52,016 nt of DNA from a virus (taxonomy: Duplodnaviria; Caudoviricetes): positions 1 through 52,016 of IMG/VR virus record IMGVR_UViG_3300030380_004731. One strand, 5' to 3'. This document shows, piece after piece, positions 46,501 through 52,016 of the stretch. The position numbers were made by a program, and so were the translations under genes. The notes under the pieces are model-generated. The model saw nothing but the letters and a program-made list of their open reading frames with translations. It was not told the DNA's origin and searched no databases. Each line of letters begins with the position of its first letter. The first letter of the stretch is position 1.

Positions 46501-48914
46501 AGCTTTAGTGTTCCTGTTTCTTCTACGTCTTGAATGCGTAAAAATATTATCCACTTACCATGCTTGTCTCTACCGTCCTTTGGTTCAACGCCATGGTGGT
46601 ACTTTCCATAGTCATTTAACCATCTATAAAATTCAGTACGTGAGATCTTCATATTACCTCTTGATGAATAGTCAGGGTAGTCCTCAATGAACTCCAAGTA
46701 CAGATCCTGCTTGTATGTTTTTGTGTTGGGTGTAAGTAAAGTATTGAAAGGATAGCCCTCAAGTAAACCACACCACTCTAAGAAGTCTTTGCTTGTGTCT
46801 CTGATTAGATTTTTTAAGTTAGCATTAACAAGATCACTCTTGACAAATCCTTTCTCTAAGTAAAACTGTAAACAACTTATCATATAGTTGTCAAAGATAC
46901 ACCACTCATCATCATCCCAATCTCCAAACATTAACTTCTTAAACTCATCAAGAGGAGTGAAGTGTTTTGAGTAATACTGATGTAGCTCAAGCTCCCACTT
47001 ACGTCTTGCAAATGAATTGCCTGATCCCTTGATGGTATAGTTTGTGGTGATAGCAATCTTAGGAGACTTAGCAAATGGTATCTTAATAGCATCCTTGTTT
47101 TTCTTCTCAAGTGTCAACCCCTCAGTTACTACCGAGAACAATCTCTCAAAGTCAAAGTGTTTCTTCACATCATCAAAGCAAAGTATCTGCGTGTCTGCTG
47201 ATACAAGTTGGTATGCGAAACTCTTTTCAAAAGCAAATGACTTGCCATCAATCACCACCACCTTCTTCATCTTCTGTAATGCATTCATAAACAACCCCTT
47301 ACCTGTACCACCCTCAGGGTTATCAGAGATAGCTTCATCATTAAGTATTACTGCAGGACAATAGCTGAGGTTCTTATACCCATGCATCATATATCCTATC
47401 GTTGATTCCATAGACAAAATACGCTTCTCATCTTTGTTGCATATGTTACCGATAAATGTTTTGTAATCACAGTCATTTGATTTACATATGCTAAAGTTCC
47501 TATCAATGATATGATCTTTCCATACGTACCCACCCAAGTCTAAATAGTCTAATGGTATTACCTTGTCCTTAGTTATTTTTACTGCACAATTTCTGTAGTA
47601 CAAATACGAGGTGTGCTTGGTGTCCTCAATAAAATACACATCAATAGATGAGAGCAATGTTAAGAACTCATCCTTGAAGAACCGAGTGTTGTCAGCAAAG
47701 TAATTGTATATACTTATATCATCTAGCTCAATAAGGTGTTCAAGTATAAAATCTTTTATCTCCTTCTCTGAGGTGTGGTCTATTAGATTGTTAACCACTC
47801 TAACAAATACATAGTTCTTGCTACCCTCGGGGCAATACTTATAAAAGCCATTGTCCTCCAAGAAAAGTTTGAATAGTATGTGGACTATCTTGATTGTGCC
47901 CTTGTCATTCTTCGTCCAAAAGGTCATCTTATCATTATCCTCCTCAGCCCTGTTCAATACTGCCTCAATAACATTATCCTCTATATCCTTGTCCTTCAAC
48001 TCATCCCTTACTTCTTTCTTTGACATACCACGCTTGAGCTTTACCTTGATCGTGTTCACTCTCTCCTCATCCTCATAATACTTTGTGCCAAAGTTCTGAG
48101 TGTTTGAGTATGCTGAGTCAATCGTTCTGATTATCTCACGTTGATTAAAGTCTTTAGTTGCATACTGATTAAGTACATACTTAGCTAACTCTCTGTTGAT
48201 TCCAAAGTCATTGAACGCTGAAGCTAGTACAAAACAATTTTGATTACGTTGCCCCTCTTCCATTGGGAACTTCTTTACCCACCACTTAACAAGTATATCT
48301 ACAATCTTATTCTCATCTGTTATAGGTATGGTAGCTACATCTCTGTGTTTATTTACTTCCTTGTACTCAGGCTCCTCGATCTTATCCCATACACTTGAGT
48401 TGTCATTGATGTGTATCAATGGGTCATAACTCTCATAGCATACCCTTGATACATTCTTACAGGTATCATCAAAGTATTCTGAATTGAAATATGTTTTAAG
48501 TGAATTAAAATAGTTAGTGTGATTGGTTTCATCTATGGGTATTTTTACTAGGACCTTTAGTCCATTACCCGATGGTGATAAGAATACTGAGTAGACAAAT
48601 GTATTCTCACTATACTTTTGTTTTGCCTCAAGTAAATCTTTCTTCTTCTCAAAGCCATCAAAGTCTAGGCATATCAAACCACTGTGCTGAAGTAGTGAAG
48701 CATCATTTCTTTTAGTGAACTTACCTGAGAAACATATCGCAGGTAACTTCTTCTTTAATTCTTGACGTTCAGATTTATTATTCTCATTACGTATGTTCTT
48801 CACTAATTCTTTGCTAGTGCCGTTTTTTATTCTATCCAATATATCTGCTGCATCCCTGTAAAATGGGGTGCTCGTGTCCTTTATGGACTTGAATATTGTT
48901 ATTAAGTGTGTCAT
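46497..48914 (-). CDS. Primase-helicase (BT4734/VirE-N-like domain, PriCT-like domain, P-loop ATPase)
   Basis: LKKKLPAICFSG, SGLICLDFD, SPSGNGLK, SRVCYESYDP, EGQRNQ, GGTGKG, CFDD, ITTN. Confidence 0.85.
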   Translation of the reverse strand: MTHLITIFKSIKDTSTPFYRDAADILDRIKNGTSKELVKNIRNENNKSERQELKKKLPAICFSGKFTKRNDASLLQHSGLICLDFDGFEKKKDLLEAKQKYSENTFVYSVFLSPSGNGLKVLVKIPIDETNHTNYFNSLKTYFNSEYFDDTCKNVSRVCYESYDPLIHINDNSSVWDKIEEPEYKEVNKHRDVATIPITDENKIVDILVKWWVKKFPMEEGQRNQNCFVLASAFNDFGINRELAKYVLNQYATKDFNQREIIRTIDSAYSNTQNFGTKYYEDEERVNTIKVKLKRGMSKKEVRDELKDKDIEDNVIEAVLNRAEEDNDKMTFWTKNDKGTIKIVHILFKLFLEDNGFYKYCPEGSKNYVFVRVVNNLIDHTSEKEIKDFILEHLIELDDISIYNYFADNTRFFKDEFLTLLSSIDVYFIEDTKHTSYLYYRNCAVKITKDKVIPLDYLDLGGYVWKDHIIDRNFSICKSNDCDYKTFIGNICNKDEKRILSMESTIGYMMHGYKNLSYCPAVILNDEAISDNPEGGTGKGLFMNALQKMKKVVVIDGKSFAFEKSFAYQLVSADTQILCFDDVKKHFDFERLFSVVTEGLTLEKKNKDAIKIPFAKSPKIAITTNYTIKGSGNSFARRKWELELHQYYSKHFTPLDEFKKLMFGDWDDDEWCIFDNYMISCLQFYLEKGFVKSDLVNANLKNLIRDTSKDFLEWCGLLEGYPFNTLLTPNTKTYKQDLYLEFIEDYPDYSSRGNMKISRTEFYRWLNDYGKYHHGVEPKDGRDKHGKWIIFLRIQDVEETGTLKL

Positions 48915-49075
48915 GTTGATGTCGTTTTTATGTTGATTTTATATATGTAACTCATTGATAATCAGAGGGGGTGTTGATAATGTTAATTTTTCTTTCTCAT
49001 ATAAGGGGATTAAAAATAAAAAAAATAAGAACACTATAGAGAGTAGTGTAAAGAAAAAATCAACACCTCAACATC
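48914..49075. other. Putative replication origin/regulatory region
   Basis: TGTTGA at 48914, 48931, 48972, TGTTAA at 48981, inverted TCAACA at 49060 and 49068; IHF consensus at 48948-48960; A/T tracts; small inverted repeat at 49031-49049. Confidence 0.5.
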
Positions 49076-49078
49076 GGT

Positions 49079-49104
49079 AAAAAAGGGAGGAACCACCCTC
49101 CCTT
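49079..49104 (-). terminator. Intrinsic terminator after SSB-like gene
   Basis: AAGGGAGG-aaccac-CCTCCCTT with A-run on the left (U-run on -). Confidence 0.75.
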
Positions 49105-49125
49105 ATAGCCATGCAAGGATAATTA

Positions 49126-49380
49126 TTAGAAGGGCAGATCATCTGTTTTCTTTACTGCCTTCTCTTTCTTTTCACTTGGCTCCCAAGTGTCTAGTTCTAC
49201 GTAGTAATTACCACTACGTGCTTTATTAATGTTGAGGTTGATCCAACCATTCTTCATGTTCTTTTTAATGAATGGTCCTGCATCTTCAACCTTAATACTA
49301 ACCTGACCTACTACAAAGTCAGGTGCGTTTTCTCTTCTCTTAAATGAGAATCCATCTGCAAAAATTTTATCTTCTGCCAT
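49126..49380 (-). CDS. Putative single-stranded DNA-binding protein
   Basis: 84 aa beta-rich with acidic C-terminal DDLPF tail, downstream of recombinase and exonuclease. Confidence 0.65.
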   Translation of the reverse strand: MAEDKIFADGFSFKRRENAPDFVVGQVSIKVEDAGPFIKKNMKNGWINLNINKARSGNYYVELDTWEPSEKKEKAVKKTDDLPF

Positions 49381-49395
49381 AATATAAATTTAATT

Positions 49396-49458
49396 TGTCC
49401 CAAGATTATTTAGTTCACAAGGCATCAGGATGGTTGAGACATCCACCTAATACTCCTG
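49396..49458 (-). ncRNA. Candidate cis-regulatory RNA pseudoknot in SSB leader
   Basis: Stem 1 CAGG-a-GUAUUAGG-UGG / CCA-u-CCUGAUGC-CUUG; loop a-UGUCUCAA pairs with downstream UUGGGACA. Confidence 0.6.
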
Positions 49459-49464
49459 TATATT

Positions 49465-50211
49465 TTAAAGTGTTTGATTGATATAGTAATTGTCTAGGTC
49501 ATCTGTTGGATTGTCTCCAAAGAACTTATTGTAAACCTCAATAGCCCTTTCAACTTTCTCCTCACCACCCATTACAAAATCTTCTGATGGTTTATACATT
49601 CCAAGTTGATGTGTTATCTTATCCACCACTAAAAATATTAGTGGCTTACCAAATAGTTGTTGGTATATATAACACTGACTATCATAGTTGTACTTACGTG
49701 CCGACCATCTAAAGTCTTGTATGTTTGAGGTAGTCTTTAGATCAATCACATTAGTTGGCGTGATGATGTCTGCCTTACCTTTCCATAACATACCTTTGAT
49801 GTTATCAACAGCAGGCTGTTCATAACTACTACCCTCTTGTGTTATCATATCAAAGAAGTCAATGTTACCTCTGATTGTTTTCACAATTTGTAATATGTTT
49901 TCACACTCCTTAGATAGTAAAGCCACTTGTACATTATTGTCTGCAATAAATTCTTTGTATGCTTTTGAGTTACGTGATGATACGTCAGCACATAAAGTTT
50001 GCATTGCTTTGTCGGGCTCAAGTAATAACTGATGAAAGTATCTACCCTCAGCAAAGTTTTTGTTATCCTCTTGAGGCACTCTAAACATTTTAGGATTTTT
50101 TAGTAGTGTTCCTATGTCTGAGTTGCTAAGGTATTGCCTACCTATATCTCCATAATAGTTAGCATCATCCTTTAGTATTTCAATGATGTCCTTTGTTGCT
50201 ATCTCACTCAT
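49465..50211 (-). CDS. RecE/exonuclease VIII-like PD-(D/E)xK exonuclease
   Basis: LSNSDI, GRYFHQLLLEP, KGKAD, IDLKTT, YNYDSQCYIY. Confidence 0.85.
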   Translation of the reverse strand: MSEIATKDIIEILKDDANYYGDIGRQYLSNSDIGTLLKNPKMFRVPQEDNKNFAEGRYFHQLLLEPDKAMQTLCADVSSRNSKAYKEFIADNNVQVALLSKECENILQIVKTIRGNIDFFDMITQEGSSYEQPAVDNIKGMLWKGKADIITPTNVIDLKTTSNIQDFRWSARKYNYDSQCYIYQQLFGKPLIFLVVDKITHQLGMYKPSEDFVMGGEEKVERAIEVYNKFFGDNPTDDLDNYYINQTL

Positions 50212-50566
50212 TCTCTTCAGGTTTTAATGGTTCGTAAATAGTTTGACCGAGTAATTCTCCTTTGTTAAAATGATCAATGTACTCTAATTGATTTCTAAGA
50301 TTGTAATAATACACATCTCCTGTTATTGATTGAAGAGTATCTACTATTAATTTTAACTCTATAAAATATTCTATACTTCCATTATCAAAGTAAGTTGTAT
50401 CATTCACACTTAATGTATCTCCCATCTCAACATTTATATCTTCTCCGTTATCAGAGTAAAATATAATATTTTGTTCATCATTAATATACCCTTTTGGTTT
50501 TTCATATTCCTGTGCATACATCATTGATGACACTGAGAATGTTATAATTAAAATTAGATTTTTCAT
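50204..50566 (-). CDS. Putative exported acidic protein
   Basis: Signal-peptide-like MKNLILIITFSVSSMMYAQ with Gln at +1; MORN-like YYYNLRNQLEYIDHFNKG. Confidence 0.55.
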   Translation of the reverse strand: MKNLILIITFSVSSMMYAQEYEKPKGYINDEQNIIFYSDNGEDINVEMGDTLSVNDTTYFDNGSIEYFIELKLIVDTLQSITGDVYYYNLRNQLEYIDHFNKGELLGQTIYEPLKPEENE

Positions 50567-51144
50567 TTGATTAGTTTTTTAATTTCAGTTTTTACTTTAG
50601 GTGTTACATTATATTTTCTTTGTAACTGATCCACAATTTTTGTCAATCCCATTTCTTTATTTGCTCCTACATATTTCAATACCTTCTCCCAATTATCATC
50701 ATTGATATTTAGTTCAATGGTTTTCTTTTGTGTAGGTAAAGGTGTTACTTCGGGCAGATCTTCTCCTGTCCATAAGCTCAACCCAAGACCATGCATAGCT
50801 ATTGCTTTTGCAGTTGACCTTTGTATTGTTTTGTTTACATCCATTGATGTAATGTTATCGACTTGGATTGATTTATTTCTGTAGTCCATTACAGGTAGGT
50901 AGTCTATATGCTCAATGTCATCTACTACTATTCCTACTTTTACATAGGCATAGTTGCCATCCGTAAAATAATTTAAGCCTGTGTGATCGTGTTCATATAC
51001 TTTCCTTTGTGCTTTAGGATATTTTGTTTTGAGCATAGCCCATGCATTAGCCCATGATAAGTAGTCAAGTTGCCCCTTACGTTCTATCTTATCTCTTACT
51101 GCAATACTACTTAGCGTTGCGAATACTGATTTTGTTGTTGCCAT
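50563..51144 (-). CDS. Sak/DUF1071-type single-strand annealing protein
   Basis: YLSWANAW, LPVMDYRNK, NKTIQRSTAKAIAMHGLGLSLWTGEDLP. Confidence 0.85.
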   Translation of the reverse strand: MATTKSVFATLSSIAVRDKIERKGQLDYLSWANAWAMLKTKYPKAQRKVYEHDHTGLNYFTDGNYAYVKVGIVVDDIEHIDYLPVMDYRNKSIQVDNITSMDVNKTIQRSTAKAIAMHGLGLSLWTGEDLPEVTPLPTQKKTIELNINDDNWEKVLKYVGANKEMGLTKIVDQLQRKYNVTPKVKTEIKKLIK

Positions 51145-51154
51145 TTGATTTGAT

Positions 51155-51553
51155 TTAATTTATTAATAATTTATTTAATTTATTTGATGCTCTTCTGTAA
51201 GATTCAATTAGACTTAACCTTGCTTTTTTGAGTGTCTTGATATGCTTATCATTCTTTCTTGTGTTTACTTCGTTACGCATTTTATTTTCTACTACTCTAA
51301 GTTTTCTTTTGTAGTTAATCAATGCTAACTTATGTACACCTATTACCCATCCGTACTCATAAAAGGTTTGGTATTGTTCTTCACTTATCTCTTGATAGAA
51401 AACACCTATCGTGGTATTGAATATGTGAAATGTATTATCTTCTTTAGTTATTTTTATTCCTTGTCTTAACCTTGCTTCATATCCTACACCATCAATATTT
51501 ATACTGACTTCATCTGTGTTTGCTTGATTAAATATGTCAGTTAGTTTGTACAT
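51155..51553 (-). CDS. Hypothetical protein
   Basis: 132 aa with basic C-terminal helix. Confidence 0.6.
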   Translation of the reverse strand: MYKLTDIFNQANTDEVSINIDGVGYEARLRQGIKITKEDNTFHIFNTTIGVFYQEISEEQYQTFYEYGWVIGVHKLALINYKRKLRVVENKMRNEVNTRKNDKHIKTLKKARLSLIESYRRASNKLNKLLIN

Positions 51554-51846
51554 TTCCTTATATCTTCAACCAAGTCTTTCATATCTAAGTCATTCTCTAG
51601 GTGTCTGTTGATCTTTTTAACACCATAGATTACATTTGAATGGTCTATCTTATACCCATTGTCATCCATAAACTTTTGTATGTATGTAATTTTAATTGGG
51701 CTTTCTCTATTTGCACATAGCCAATACAATAAATGCCTAGCATCTGCACACTCTGATCTTTTGTCCTTAGTGAATAGTAAGTCGGTGTCTATTTCGTATG
51801 CCTTGCATACACTCTTCACATACTTATTGAATATTTTCTTTTTCAT
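51541..51846 (-). CDS. Stand-alone DnaA C-terminal-like HTH DNA-binding protein
   Basis: KR...ADARHLLYWL...DHSNVIYGVKKI matches the DnaA domain IV signature (RQ.AMYL...DH.TV..A..KI). Confidence 0.75.
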   Translation of the reverse strand: MKKKIFNKYVKSVCKAYEIDTDLLFTKDKRSECADARHLLYWLCANRESPIKITYIQKFMDDNGYKIDHSNVIYGVKKINRHLENDLDMKDLVEDIRKCTN

Positions 51847-52016
51847 TTGATTTAATTTTTAGTTGTTCATTCTTTATCTCCTCATCATACTTGCCCTCAT
51901 TTGTTTCTTGTTCTCTTATCTCTATAAATTTTTCTTTTACTTTGCTCATCTTAATTTAATTTAGTTTTAATTATTTCTTTTACTTGATTGTTCCAAAAGT
52001 ATTCTTCTGCATTTGC

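Noticed and set aside
49396-49458. tRNA or simple terminator in the exonuclease-SSB gap
   Set aside because: No cloverleaf or T-loop consensus and no U-run after the stem; a pseudoknot explains the pairing better
41704-51850. Short + strand ORFs opposite the replication genes
   Set aside because: Shadows of well-supported, translationally coupled - strand genes
51824-51949. Possible 41-aa - strand ORF (MSKVKEKFIEIREQ...)
   Set aside because: Short, no motif, overlaps the next gene by 23 nt and lies at the window edge; not enough support to call
8826-52016. Stop-codon reassignment as in some crAss-like phages
   Set aside because: Long ORFs are intact in the standard code, and TAG (14657, 17093, 20561) and TGA both end genes
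1-52016. Prophage boundaries, integrase or host genes
   Set aside because: No integrase, repressor, att-like repeat or bacterial housekeeping gene recognised in the window

Overview
AT-rich tailed-phage DNA, most consistent with phages of marine Bacteroidota (Flavobacteriia). The window holds two different phage genomes joined between ~8.2 and ~8.7 kb. Segment A (1 to ~8.5 kb) is a siphovirus-like structural block: tape-measure-like C-terminus, XkdF-type prohead protease, scaffold, major capsid, tail-tube-like protein, portal, adaptor and fibre/LamG genes. It has its own repeated motif AACAA-N11-AGCGTTATATA and avoids GATGG. Segment B (~8.5 to 52 kb) is a podovirus with crAss-like/phi38:1-like morphogenesis genes on the + strand: lysis cassette, tandem GroES-like protein, TerS/TerL, a second portal, scaffold and capsid, ring proteins, a split muzzle protein, four tiny basic proteins, a GNAT-like protein, ejection proteins and a ~2,900-aa zincin-containing protein. 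A convergent - strand block encodes nucleases, a metallophosphoesterase, an SF2 helicase, a primase-helicase, SSB, exonuclease, Sak-type recombinase and a DnaA-C-like HTH protein. Segment B uses Bacteroidota TAnnTTTG promoters and, by eye, has no CCAG/CTGG. The best non-coding signals are an H-type RNA pseudoknot in the leader of the SSB-like gene (T4 gene 32-like architecture) and an origin-like region with iterons and an IHF consensus beside the primase. All family calls come from motif recognition and synteny; no searches or computations were run.
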